Positions 15,096-24,096 of a stretch of DNA of 24,096 nucleotides are shown here, one piece after another. A model generated the notes under the pieces. That model saw only the letters and a list, made by a program, of their open reading frames with translations, did no database searches and was not told the origin of the DNA. The stretch is taken from positions 1 through 24,096 of the forward strand of contig WGBT01000095.1 of the NCBI GenBank assembly GCA_015494185.1, read 5' to 3'. Position 1 is the stretch's first letter; every line of letters begins with the position of its first letter. This stretch comes from Hyphomicrobiales bacterium (GTDB lineage Bacteria > Pseudomonadota > Alphaproteobacteria > Rhizobiales > S144-35). Both the position numbers and the translations under genes were made by a program.

Positions 15096-15668
15096 CTATT
15101 TTGTTGTTGTCTCTCCTGGATCCACCAACCGCACTGTCCAGTTATTTTCCTTGACCGTATCGACCTCGAAAAAACCAGAGCGGCGATAGCCCCGTTTGGC
15201 ACAATCGAGGACACCACGAATGGTGAACGCCTTGTCGGCAGTGCACATGTAAGCCTTGCCGGACCATTCACCGCCGCGGTCATAGTCAATGGCGTGAATA
15301 TAGTAATAACGCGCCACCAGATTGCCTTTCAACAAGGTTTCGCAAGTGTGGGATGGGACATTCCACCACCCCTCGGTTGTCCAACCGTCTTTGTCCTTGT
15401 AGCCAATGGCAACGCCGACACGGCTGGCCGTTGCATTGCAGAGCTTCAGGTCGGCAAGGGCTTGCGGGACGGCTGTGGTTGATGAAATGAGCAATGCAAG
15501 CCCCGCGCTTTTCCCCAAAGCTCGTAAGCTTGCTTGTTTTTTGCGACGAAATGACCGATAGGCCAGACGCCACGTCACACGGCTTGTCCGTCGATGCCAC
15601 CTCTTGAACCTATTGCGTTGCTCTATTGCTTTCATATCTTTCGAGCTCTCTATTTCCAGTCGTTCCAA
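15096..15668 (-). CDS. DUF1036 family exported protein (true start uncertain, probably downstream of 15668)
   Basis: Signal-like segment ending ALA|DLKLCN, then VGVAIGY, WTTEGWWN, YYYIHA.D, C...F.I.G..DC..RGY...GF.EVDT; DUF1036 next to pyk is a recalled Rhizobiales arrangement. Confidence 0.85.
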   Translation of the reverse strand: MERLEIESSKDMKAIEQRNRFKRWHRRTSRVTWRLAYRSFRRKKQASLRALGKSAGLALLISSTTAVPQALADLKLCNATASRVGVAIGYKDKDGWTTEGWWNVPSHTCETLLKGNLVARYYYIHAIDYDRGGEWSGKAYMCTADKAFTIRGVLDCAKRGYRRSGFFEVDTVKENNWTVRLVDPGETTTK

Positions 15669-15695
15669 TTTGCATCGAGCCTATTCGATTACAGT

Positions 15696-15729
15696 GTCTT
15701 CACACTCTATTGGTCTTCACACTCTATTG
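15696..15729. repeat. Perfect 17-bp tandem duplication
   Basis: GTCTTCACACTCTATTG at 15696-15712 and 15713-15729. Confidence 0.95.
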
Positions 15730-15968
15730 AATGAACATAGAAATCAACATATCGAACAGAAAGCCCCGCGATGGGGGAGGCAGAACTCATCAGAACCGAT
15801 GGAAGCTGTCTTAGAAGCCCTGGTATGATTAACACAAGTGCCCTATTGGGTCGACTGGAATTATACAAAACTTGAGGAATGTGATGGGACAATCTATTCC
15901 AGCGCCACCTCTTGGCCTGCGCTCCATTTTCCACCAAAAACCATAGGCGGCGGCAAGGTTGGCTAATC

Positions 15969-16052
15969 ATGACCAAAGGGTCTTTGGGTCTTATTATGAC
16001 CACAGGGCCTTGGTCTTATTCAGAGGTTCCTCAAAGCTCTTGAAAGCTCTTG
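15969..16052. repeat. Two degenerate ~26-bp palindromic tandem units plus a 10-bp tandem duplication
   Basis: ATGACCAAAGGGTCTTTGGGTCTTATT (15969-15995), ATGACCACAGGGCCTTGGTCTTATT (15996-16020); AAAGCTCTTG x2 at 16033-16052. Confidence 0.85.
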
Positions 16053-16126
16053 GCCGTCTTTGTGAACGACCACTGGGGGCTGTTTTCGGGCTTTGAATTC
16101 ATTGCGTGAATTTGGCTGGACATGGC

Positions 16127-16708
16127 TTAGAGGCGGGGGGAATTGTAAGGAGGTGCGATTGCCTGCAGCGGTCCCGTGAAATCGTCAAGCGCCTGCTCTT
16201 GCAATTCAAAGTATAAAAACCGCGCCGGATTGACGGGGCCTGGCAAGGTGAGCTGACCGCTGGGCACCTGCCTAAATCCAAGCCGGCGGAAATAGGGCCA
16301 ATCACCAACCAATAACACCAGCCGGTAGCCCAGTGTCTTGGCGGTTTTCAAGCCATGCCGCACCAGCGCCGAGCCGATTTGCCGCCGTGCATACTCTGGT
16401 TTGACCACCAACGGGCCAAGCAGCAGGGCACCAGATTGCTGTGGTGTGGCAACCGGGGTGAAATAGACGGCGCCGACGAGCTCGGTTCCGGCTTCGGCGA
16501 CAAAGCTTAGCCGTGGATCGGGGCCGCTCTGTTCGCGAATTCGATAAGAGGTGCGGGCAAACCGGCCGGGGCCGAAGACTTGGTTGAGAATGGCCTCCAA
16601 CTCAACCGCATCACCTGCTTCGGCGCGGCGTATTTGTTCCGTTTCCAGCTTGATTGCGCGGCTTGAATGCTTCTCGGCCAATTGCAGCTCCCGCCAATTC
16701 CTGTTCAC
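16127..16708 (-). CDS. GNAT family N-acetyltransferase (YhbS-like)
   Basis: FGPGRFARTSYRIRE, LLLGPLVVKPEYARRQIGSALV (acetyl-CoA motif A), LLVGDWPYFRRLGF, LPGPVNPARFL; GTGA overlap with the NUDIX stop. Confidence 0.9.
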   Translation of the reverse strand: MNRNWRELQLAEKHSSRAIKLETEQIRRAEAGDAVELEAILNQVFGPGRFARTSYRIREQSGPDPRLSFVAEAGTELVGAVYFTPVATPQQSGALLLGPLVVKPEYARRQIGSALVRHGLKTAKTLGYRLVLLVGDWPYFRRLGFRQVPSGQLTLPGPVNPARFLYFELQEQALDDFTGPLQAIAPPYNSPRL

Positions 16709-17175
16709 CAATCTTCTTTCCGTGGCACACCATGGAAAATTTCTGCGATTCGGTTGCGGGCGCCGGTGGCGGTTTGCTCAGGGAGCGCATCGATCGGAAA
16801 AAAGCCCTGTTCGACAATTTCGCGATTAGGCGCGGGAACCTGGTCACGCTGCCAGTGCCTGATCACATAGAAGGCGATGTGATCATTGGGAAAGGCTTGA
16901 AAATTGGCAAACAGCCCATGCAATTCCGGCTCGCCGCATATTCGTGTGCCGGTTTCTTCGATGAGTTCTCTGTGTAATGCGGCGGTAACCGTTTCACCGC
17001 GTTCGACGCCCCCGCCGGGAAAATGCCAGCCGGGCCGGTAACTATGACGCACCAACAACACCTGGTTTTCCGGGGCAATGATCATGCCTTGCACGCCTAA
17101 GGTGTGGCTACGTGTCAAGCGCCACCATTTTTGCATTAATCTTAATGGTAATTCTGTCACCCCGGTTTTCCTCAT
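16705..17175 (-). CDS. NUDIX hydrolase
   Basis: Nudix box GGGVERGETVTAALHRELIEETG; TLGV, LVRHSY.PGWHFPGGG; ATG at 17175 preferred over 17229. Confidence 0.93.
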   Translation of the reverse strand: MRKTGVTELPLRLMQKWWRLTRSHTLGVQGMIIAPENQVLLVRHSYRPGWHFPGGGVERGETVTAALHRELIEETGTRICGEPELHGLFANFQAFPNDHIAFYVIRHWQRDQVPAPNREIVEQGFFPIDALPEQTATGARNRIAEIFHGVPRKEDW

Positions 17176-17705
17176 GTTGTCACCGGCGTCATGATCTGAT
17201 TTGCTCTTTGATACCCTAAAAACTCTCATTTTGGTGTTTTTGGCAAGAGGAGAAGAGCACCTGTCGGCAATGCTGGTTTTAGGCCTAGGGAAATCCCTTA
17301 TACGCCATAACTGTCTGATATGTATGTATAAAACATCTGTTCTGCGGCTAAAAATTTAATCCGTAGGGGGAGGGATGGGGGAAGGAATTGCGACAAATTG
17401 TAATTTTTTGCTGGTGCTTCGGCCCGTAATATGTACAATAGCTCTTGTCTGGATGGCATCCGGGATTGTGCGCCGCGGGTTGGCAGACCGTTTGGGATGC
17501 AACCTGAATTTTATGGCGTAAGCGCCAAAGCGTTGATCATTTTTGTGCCTTTTTTTCGGTGCAAGAATACGACGTGCGGGGACGAACTTTAGAAGTTGGC
17601 CGTTGTTCCAATGCAATGGCTATCATGTTTTAAAAGTTTCCGACCGGATGGGGGATCATCCTCAATACGAAATAAATTTTGACGATTCAAACGAGGGGAG
17701 GAATT

Positions 17706-19010
17706 ATGCCCAAGCTAAATCGTCGTGAATTCACGAAAATCATGGGGGCAGCAGGTGCTGTCGCCGGTACGTCCGCTATGTCCATGCCTGCCATTGCGGC
17801 TGGTAAAGGCAAAGTGGTCATCATCGGTGGGGGGATCGGCGGTTCAACCGTGGCCCATCACATCAAGAAGAAAGCTCCAAGCATCGACGTGGTCTTGATT
17901 ACCGCGGCGAAAGACTATACGACTTGCTTCTTCTCAAACTGGTATATGGCCGGGTTGCGGAGCTTTTCCGACATCACCCACGACTATTCCGGCCTTGCCA
18001 AATTGGGCGTGAAGGTCGTTGTCGATACCGCTGTTGGCGTCGATACGGCGAAAAAGACGGTGTCCCTCAAGGGCGGCGGGACCGAGTCTTATGACAAGCT
18101 CGTCGTCTCACCGGGCATTGACTTCAAATGGGATACCATTGAAGGTTATGATGCCAAAGTGGCTGAAAAAATCCCGCATGCCTGGGTCGGCGGCTCTCAG
18201 AGCAAGATTCTGAAGGCTCAGCTCGATGCCATGGCCGATGGGGCAACCTATATTCAAGCACCTCCGCCCAATCCGTTCCGTTGTCCTCCTGGGCCGCAAG
18301 AACGGGTGTCGCTCATCGCCTATATGTTCAAGAAGAAAAAGCCGAAATCAAAGATCATTACCCTGGATCCGAAGCCGAAATTCTCCAAAGGCCCAGCTTT
18401 CATGGCCGCTTGGAAAGAGCTTTATCCTGGCATGATCACCGCCAATCTCTCGACCAATAAAGATGAGCATTTCCGTGTCGTGAAGGTTGATCCGAGCACC
18501 AATCAGGTGACCACCAAAGGCGGTGAGAAATTCGGTAAGAAGGGCGATGTTCTCAACATCATTCCCGCGCAAAAAGCCGGTAAAATTGCCTTTACGGCCG
18601 GTCTGACAGAAGGTGACTGGTGCCCAATTGATCCGGTTGACTTCTCATCGACAAAAGCCAAAGATGTGCATGTTTTAGGTGACGCCTCGATCGCCAAGCC
18701 GATGCCGAAATCCGGCTTCTCAGCCAACAGCCAGGCCAAAGTGGTGGCCGCTTCAATCGTACATGCGCTTGGTGGCGGCAAAAAACCGAAGTCGAAATAC
18801 CGCAACACTTGCTACTCGGCAATTGACGGTGATTCGGCCATCAAGGTTGGTGTCGCTTATCATGTTACCGATCTTGGCGAATTCCAGAAGGTGCCGGGGA
18901 CTGGCTTTGTCTCCAAGCCAACCGATGACCGCAAGAAGTGGGACGAAAACTTTGGTCAGGCCGAAGCCTGGTACAAAGGGATCACGGCGGATACTTTTGC
19001 CAAAGGCTAA
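17706..19010 (+). CDS. Sulfide dehydrogenase (flavocytochrome c) flavoprotein subunit, FccB/SoxF family, Tat-exported
   Basis: Tat signal LNRREFTK...MPAIA; GGGIGG FAD motif; TCFFSN (covalent-FAD Cys position); FRCPPGPQER and NTCYS (redox disulfide Cys pair); MPKSGFSANSQAK; strong GAGGGGAGG RBS. Confidence 0.92.
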   Translation: MPKLNRREFTKIMGAAGAVAGTSAMSMPAIAAGKGKVVIIGGGIGGSTVAHHIKKKAPSIDVVLITAAKDYTTCFFSNWYMAGLRSFSDITHDYSGLAKLGVKVVVDTAVGVDTAKKTVSLKGGGTESYDKLVVSPGIDFKWDTIEGYDAKVAEKIPHAWVGGSQSKILKAQLDAMADGATYIQAPPPNPFRCPPGPQERVSLIAYMFKKKKPKSKIITLDPKPKFSKGPAFMAAWKELYPGMITANLSTNKDEHFRVVKVDPSTNQVTTKGGEKFGKKGDVLNIIPAQKAGKIAFTAGLTEGDWCPIDPVDFSSTKAKDVHVLGDASIAKPMPKSGFSANSQAKVVAASIVHALGGGKKPKSKYRNTCYSAIDGDSAIKVGVAYHVTDLGEFQKVPGTGFVSKPTDDRKKWDENFGQAEAWYKGITADTFAKG

Positions 19011-19048
19011 TAAAAGCTTCTGCAAGATTCTGAAGCAATCTTACGGAG

Positions 19049-19077
19049 GGGGGGCCCGAAAGGGTGCCCCTTTTTTT
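19049..19077 (+). terminator. Rho-independent terminator of the fccB/soxF-like gene
   Basis: GGGGGGCCC-GAAA-GGGTGCCCC followed by T7. Confidence 0.85.
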
Positions 19078-19490
19078 GTGGGAGATGTTGTGAATTTTAT
19101 TTGTAAATTCAGTGTCTTACGCCAAGATTCCCTTCCTTGATCTTGACTGGTTTTACCGCGGCGCATTTCCTCGCTGGACGCCCAGATGCACCCCTTGAAT
19201 TAGCACCCGCCAGTTCTGCGGGTTTCAATACCGCCCAGTGTGGAAATGCGTTCGGCCTTGCGGGGGGCCTGACCTGCCTATCTGGTGCGTTGTGGGCTTT
19301 GCCCGATACCAGTATTGCGCTGCAGGTTAGGCCTTCCATATGAACCGGATGTTTTATAAAAACGATCCAAGATCAAGGGCCCTTGGTGTAGGGGGAATTT
19401 TGGGGGCAGCGGCGCAGAAAGCCAAGCATGACGGGCTTCCTGATTTTAATTTTACAGCCTCTGTTTTTCATTGATAGTTTTTTCAGCCCG

Positions 19491-22400
19491 CTAGCTGGGG
19501 TGTTTGCCACGCAGAACCTGAGGGGCGGCCAATAATGTTGGGGTCAGCACCAAAGTCAAAAGGGTGGCAAAGGTGAGGCCGAAAATAATCGCCGTTGAGA
19601 GTTGCACCCACCAGAAAGAGGTCAGAGTGCCGTAAATCACCTTACGATCGAAGAAATCAAGTGACACTTGTAATGCCATGGGCAATAGGCCAAAAATGGT
19701 GGTGACAGTGGTCAAAAGCACGGGGCGGAGACGTTGCGCGCTGGCATGAATTGCCGCTTCAACGGCATCCAATCCTTGGGCGCGAAAGCGATTGAATGTG
19801 TCGATCAGCACGATTGAGTTGTTCACGACAATGCCCGCCAGGGCCACCACTCCGGTTCCGGTCATGATGATCGAAAAAGTTTGATGGGTGATCAGCATCC
19901 CGGCCAGAACTCCAACAACGGACAAGACAACCGTCAGCAAAGTGATAAAGGTTTGATAAAAGCTGTTGAATTGGGTCACCAGGATCATAAACATCAAAAA
20001 CAAGGCGCCCGCCATGGCCTTGCCCAGAAAGGCGCCTGCCTCTTTCTGCTCTTCATCGGCGCCGCGGAATTTGGTTTCAATGCCCGTGGGGAAGTGTTGG
20101 GTTTTGAGCCATTGGCTGATTTCGCGGATTTTTTCGGAAGGCAAAACGCCATTCCCCACATTGGCTTTGACATACATCGAATAGCGGCCATTGGAACGCG
20201 CAATGGTCGAGACTTTGGGTTTTGCACGCCGGGTAACGAAATAATGCAACGGAACAAGTCCTTCGTTCGTGAGCACCCGCAATCGGTCGAGTTCCGAGAG
20301 ATGGCGCATAGGCGCGGGATAGCGGATCCGGATTTCGACTTCATCTTCAGAATCATCGGGGCGGTAAGTGTCCAGTAAAATGCCATTGGTGACGAGTTGG
20401 ACCATGGCCCCAATGGTGGCAATATCGGTACCAAACCGTCCGGCTTCACGCCGGTCGACTTCAATAACCCATTCGATTCCGGGTTGAGGGCTGGTGTCTT
20501 CGATATCGCGCAGGTCCTCAAAATCCTGTTCGAATTTCTGGCGCAGCTTACGGGTGACTTTTAAAACCGTTTCCCACTCCGGCCCCAAGACCTGAAGCCG
20601 GATATCTTTGCCCGTGGGCGGCCCATCTTCCCGCTTGCGAACCTCGACGACGATGCCAGGAATGGTCTTCACCCGCTGCCGGATTTCCGCAAGGATTTCC
20701 TTGCCGGGGCGGCGGTCATTGAAATCCTTAAGCTCGATGATGATGGTGCCGATCTTGTCCACCGGCGAATCCTGTCCGGCTCCTTGAAACTGGGCGGTGA
20801 TATCATTGCCGCCGCCAATAGTTGTGAAAACGGCCGCAAGCCCTTCAACCGCCAAAACCTGTTCCTCCACCTGTTGGACAAGAGCCAATTGTTCAGCGGG
20901 TGAAAGATTGCCACGGGCCGAGACGAAAATGATGGCTTGTTCCGGTTCCGTATCGACGAAAAATTCCACCCCACGGCCCCATTGGGAAAAGGCCGCAATG
21001 ACTGTGATGATCAGGCCAACAGATACAATCATGACCCGGATCGGATGCGCAATCGCTCTTTTCAGAAAGCGCAGATAGGCGCCGCTTAAGCCTGCCAGTT
21101 TGAGGTCATCGGTTCTGGTGGTGCCAGAAAGCTGTTTGGCGGCCTCCCTTTCCGCCGCTGTTGTCTGTTTGCGTCCCAAATAACGGCCCAAGACCGGCAG
21201 GAAAATCAGCGCGGTGATCAGTGCGGCTGTCAAGACGACGATCACCGTGATCGGCAACAGGCTCATGAATTGTCCGGCCACCCCAGGCCAGAACAACAGC
21301 GGGAGGAACGCCGCCAAAGTGGTTGCGGTTGAAGAAACGATGGGCCAGAACATCCGCTGCGCCGCCAGAATATAAGCCTTGTCACGGGGGAGCCCATCGG
21401 CGATTTTGCGATCGGCATATTCAACGATGACAATCGCCCCATCGACCAGAATGCCGACCGTGAGCACCAGCCCAAACATCAGCATCATGTTGACCGATAA
21501 GCCAAACAGCCCAATCAACAAAAACCCGATCATAAAGGAAGCCGGGATCGCCAAGCCTACGAGCAAGGCCGAGCGCGGACCAAGCACGGCAACGATGACG
21601 ATCATCACCAGGGCGATTGCGGTCATGATCGCCGATTGCAGCGATCCCAAAATTTCAAAAATCAGCTTCGATTGATCAAGGGCAAAACCAACCTCGACAT
21701 TGGCGGGCCAGCTGGCGGCTGCGGCGGTGACAAGCTTGCGAACCTGGCGGTTGGTTTCGATGATATTGGTGCCCGTGCGCTTGACGATTTCGAGTATCAA
21801 GGCGGGTTTGCCATTGAAGCGGCTATAAGAGGTTTGGTCTTTGAAAGTGCGGCGGATGGTGGCGATCTGGCCCAGGGTGACAACAGCCTCACCGGTCGAT
21901 AAAACCGGCAGGTTGTAAACATCCTCTGGCGTTTCGATCAGCCCCGGAACCTTGACTGAAAAACGGCCTTTTGGGGTGTGCAAGGTGCCCGCGGCGATCA
22001 ATTGATTGTTGCGGGTGATGGCAGTGATGAGTTGCTGTTGACTGATATTGTAGCTTTCAAGCCGTGCGGGATCGATCTCCACTTCAAGCAGTTCTTCGCG
22101 ATGCCCTTTGAGTTTCACTTCCAGAACCGAAGGAATGGCCTCAAGCTGATCTTGCAATTTGCGGGCAAGGGAAAACAGGGTGCGCTCTGGCAAATCGCCG
22201 GAAATCGCCACCACAATCACTGGAAACAGCGAAAAATTGATCTCATGAACCGTTGGCTCATCACGATTGGGGGGGAGTTTGGCCTTCGCCCGGTCAACCT
22301 TTTCGCGGATCTCACGAGAGGCTTTTTCATGGTCGGTCCCGGACAGAAATTCCAGCACGATGGCCGCATGCCCTTGAGCCGCAAAGCTCTGAATTTCCTT

Positions 22401-22637
22401 TAATCCTTCGAGCCCGCGAAGTTCCGCCTCCATTGGCTTGACCAGCAGCCGGTTGGCATCTTCTGGCGAAATCCCCTGAAATGGGATCGAAACATAAAAG
22501 ACCGGGATATCGATATCAGGTTGGGCCTCTTTCGGGATGGTGATGTAAGTGATCGTGCCGGCGATTACCATCACGATCAGCAAGGTCAAAACGGAACGGG
22601 GCCGATTGAGAATGGCTGTGAGCGCGGATGCAATCAT
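19491..22637 (-). CDS. RND efflux transporter permease subunit (AcrB/AcrD/AcrF family)
   Basis: 1048 aa; IPKEAQPDIDIP, GILVDGAIVIVEYADR, STATTLAAFLPL, ILVTQFNSF, GIVVNNSIVLID, RLRPVLLTTVTTIFGLLPM. Confidence 0.96.
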   Translation of the reverse strand: MIASALTAILNRPRSVLTLLIVMVIAGTITYITIPKEAQPDIDIPVFYVSIPFQGISPEDANRLLVKPMEAELRGLEGLKEIQSFAAQGHAAIVLEFLSGTDHEKASREIREKVDRAKAKLPPNRDEPTVHEINFSLFPVIVVAISGDLPERTLFSLARKLQDQLEAIPSVLEVKLKGHREELLEVEIDPARLESYNISQQQLITAITRNNQLIAAGTLHTPKGRFSVKVPGLIETPEDVYNLPVLSTGEAVVTLGQIATIRRTFKDQTSYSRFNGKPALILEIVKRTGTNIIETNRQVRKLVTAAAASWPANVEVGFALDQSKLIFEILGSLQSAIMTAIALVMIVIVAVLGPRSALLVGLAIPASFMIGFLLIGLFGLSVNMMLMFGLVLTVGILVDGAIVIVEYADRKIADGLPRDKAYILAAQRMFWPIVSSTATTLAAFLPLLFWPGVAGQFMSLLPITVIVVLTAALITALIFLPVLGRYLGRKQTTAAEREAAKQLSGTTRTDDLKLAGLSGAYLRFLKRAIAHPIRVMIVSVGLIITVIAAFSQWGRGVEFFVDTEPEQAIIFVSARGNLSPAEQLALVQQVEEQVLAVEGLAAVFTTIGGGNDITAQFQGAGQDSPVDKIGTIIIELKDFNDRRPGKEILAEIRQRVKTIPGIVVEVRKREDGPPTGKDIRLQVLGPEWETVLKVTRKLRQKFEQDFEDLRDIEDTSPQPGIEWVIEVDRREAGRFGTDIATIGAMVQLVTNGILLDTYRPDDSEDEVEIRIRYPAPMRHLSELDRLRVLTNEGLVPLHYFVTRRAKPKVSTIARSNGRYSMYVKANVGNGVLPSEKIREISQWLKTQHFPTGIETKFRGADEEQKEAGAFLGKAMAGALFLMFMILVTQFNSFYQTFITLLTVVLSVVGVLAGMLITHQTFSIIMTGTGVVALAGIVVNNSIVLIDTFNRFRAQGLDAVEAAIHASAQRLRPVLLTTVTTIFGLLPMALQVSLDFFDRKVIYGTLTSFWWVQLSTAIIFGLTFATLLTLVLTPTLLAAPQVLRGKHPS

Positions 22638-23890
22638 TGAATCCTGCCCCCATCGATGGATCGCTGTTGCCCGATAGAGCGATAGGTTCGAGGGCTGGCG
22701 ATGGCCGGGTTACGGGGAGAGGGGACGGCGGGGCGGACCAAAACCTTTTGCCCCTCGCGGACATAGTTCTGTCCAATGCGAATGATCCGCTCAGTTGGGT
22801 TAAGTCCTGTGACCCAAATGCCGTTTTTGTCATTGGCGAGAATTTTGACCGGTTTGAAATGCACGATATTGCCGTGATCGACAGTGCGCACGCCCATCCG
22901 GCCATTGGCGTCGAGCACCAATACGGAAGGGGGGAGAAGATGGCCGCGGGTTCGCGCCAAGGGAATTTTGAGGGTGGTTGTGATGCCGCTGCGTAAACGG
23001 TTGGCAGGGTTGCGAATTTCCACTTCGATCTTGAAGGTTCGGGTTTGGGGGTTGGCCATGGCGGCGATATAGCGGATGCGGCCGCTGACAGCTTCACCGG
23101 TGACGAGTTTGGCGGTTGCGCGTTGGCCGGTTTTCAATTTTGCAATGTCATTTTCCGACACTTCAGCGACAACAAGAAGAGGATTGAGGCGAACCATCGT
23201 TGCGCAAGTCCCGCCCACGGGCAGATAAGCTCCCTTTCTGGCGGGCTGTTCCTCGATGATACCATCGATGGGGGCGGTGATTTGGGTATAGTCGAGATCG
23301 AGCCGGGCACGTTCTGTCTCCGCAACGGCTGTTTGATAACGGGCTTTGGCCGCCAGTAATTTGGTTTTGGAAGCGTGTCCCTTGGCGTAAAGACGGCGTG
23401 TTGCCAGATATTTTTGCCGGGCCTCGGCCTGTTGGGCCCGGGCTTGGTCGAGGCGTGCGGGCCTGACGCCTTTTTCGAGCGCGCAAAGCAAAGTCCCAGC
23501 CTTCACAAATTGCCCTTTACCGTTGTGAATGTGACGCACAATGCCCGCGGTTTGCGCCCGAACCTGAACTTGGGCTTCGGCCTTTGTGTGCCCGCGCAAT
23601 TGCAACATGGCATCGCGCTGCCGTGCCGTTGAGATCATGGTCTGGACGGTAAAGGCCGGGAGGGGAGTAGAGGTTGGAACGGTAAGTTTTGCAGTATGCG
23701 TGGGGTGTCTTGAAGGCGGGTTGGCTTTGTGTCCCCCAATAATGATTTCCCCGCTCAAAAACCACGCCGCGATCAATAGAGTGATCAGCATGGCCCCGCT
23801 GTAAGTATTGCGCGGAATTAACCGCAGCCAAGATTGTGAGTATTGCAAAAACTGGCGTTTTTTCGATTGTGGCACATTGGCCTTCTTCAT
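22634..23890 (-). CDS. RND efflux periplasmic adaptor (membrane fusion protein)
   Basis: N-terminal TM anchor, VRAQTAGIV lipoyl half, helical hairpin, ITAPIDGII, VVAEVSENDI, ANPQTRTFKIEV, GIWVTGL; ATGA overlap with the permease; ATG at 23890 (GAGGT upstream) preferred over 23974. Confidence 0.93.
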   Translation of the reverse strand: MKKANVPQSKKRQFLQYSQSWLRLIPRNTYSGAMLITLLIAAWFLSGEIIIGGHKANPPSRHPTHTAKLTVPTSTPLPAFTVQTMISTARQRDAMLQLRGHTKAEAQVQVRAQTAGIVRHIHNGKGQFVKAGTLLCALEKGVRPARLDQARAQQAEARQKYLATRRLYAKGHASKTKLLAAKARYQTAVAETERARLDLDYTQITAPIDGIIEEQPARKGAYLPVGGTCATMVRLNPLLVVAEVSENDIAKLKTGQRATAKLVTGEAVSGRIRYIAAMANPQTRTFKIEVEIRNPANRLRSGITTTLKIPLARTRGHLLPPSVLVLDANGRMGVRTVDHGNIVHFKPVKILANDKNGIWVTGLNPTERIIRIGQNYVREGQKVLVRPAVPSPRNPAIASPRTYRSIGQQRSIDGGRIQ

Positions 23891-24096
23891 TGTTTTATCG
23901 TTACCTCGACCGGAGCCCCCCGGCCCTCCCTTGAAATAGAGCACATCCGATCGCCGATGTGCAAGCCAGAGCATGGAATGGGCATTTGGGAGCCGTCTCT
24001 TTGCAAGAGCGAAATCGCTGGAAATAAATAATGAAAAGGATTGCGTTTTTTACCACGATCCGAGCGATGACATGCTTTGCAACATTCTTGGCGGCA

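Noticed and set aside
15707-16003. 98-aa minus-strand ORF
   Set aside because: No RBS or domain pattern, and it crosses tandem repeats and promoter-like sequence.
19109-19343. Short ORFs between the terminator and the RND stop
   Set aside because: No motif, TM or signal features, and no clear RBS; treated as non-coding.
23891-24096. Upstream extension of the MFP ORF to 23974 and ORF 23843-24031
   Set aside because: A better RBS and family-typical N-terminus begin at 23890; the rest is probably promoter region truncated by the window edge.

Overview
Mostly core-genome window from a ~55-60% GC alphaproteobacterium. Order Hyphomicrobiales/Rhizobiales is inferred from protein families and promoter style. 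Left end: start of the dcw cluster on the minus strand (mraZ-rsmH-ftsL-ftsI, ftsI truncated by the edge) with a 10-bp-periodic MraZ operator. Middle (3.1-12 kb): tRNA-Val(CAC) with a long repeat-filled leader; a 1148-aa GMC-oxidoreductase/unknown-domain/alpha-beta-hydrolase fusion whose catalytic residues appear replaced in both enzyme domains; two paralogous small membrane proteins; a DUF4212 + Na+:solute symporter pair; a 231-bp TIR-bounded MITE with TA duplication and a strong internal fold; an HNH nuclease; a second palindromic element. Then rnpB, tRNA-Val(GAC), rpmJ (missing from the ORF track), pyk, DUF1036, GNAT, NUDIX, a stand-alone Tat-exported sulfide dehydrogenase flavoprotein (FccB/SoxF), and an RND permease + MFP. 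No CRISPR, prophage or autonomous transposase. Best novelty candidates: the apparent double pseudo-enzyme fusion; the possibly IshB-like HNH flanked by structured elements; the MITE; the tRNA leader with Shine-Dalgarno-like hairpin loops; the small FtsH-TM-like proteins. All were identified by eye with no database searches, so family assignments rest on motif recognition and recall.
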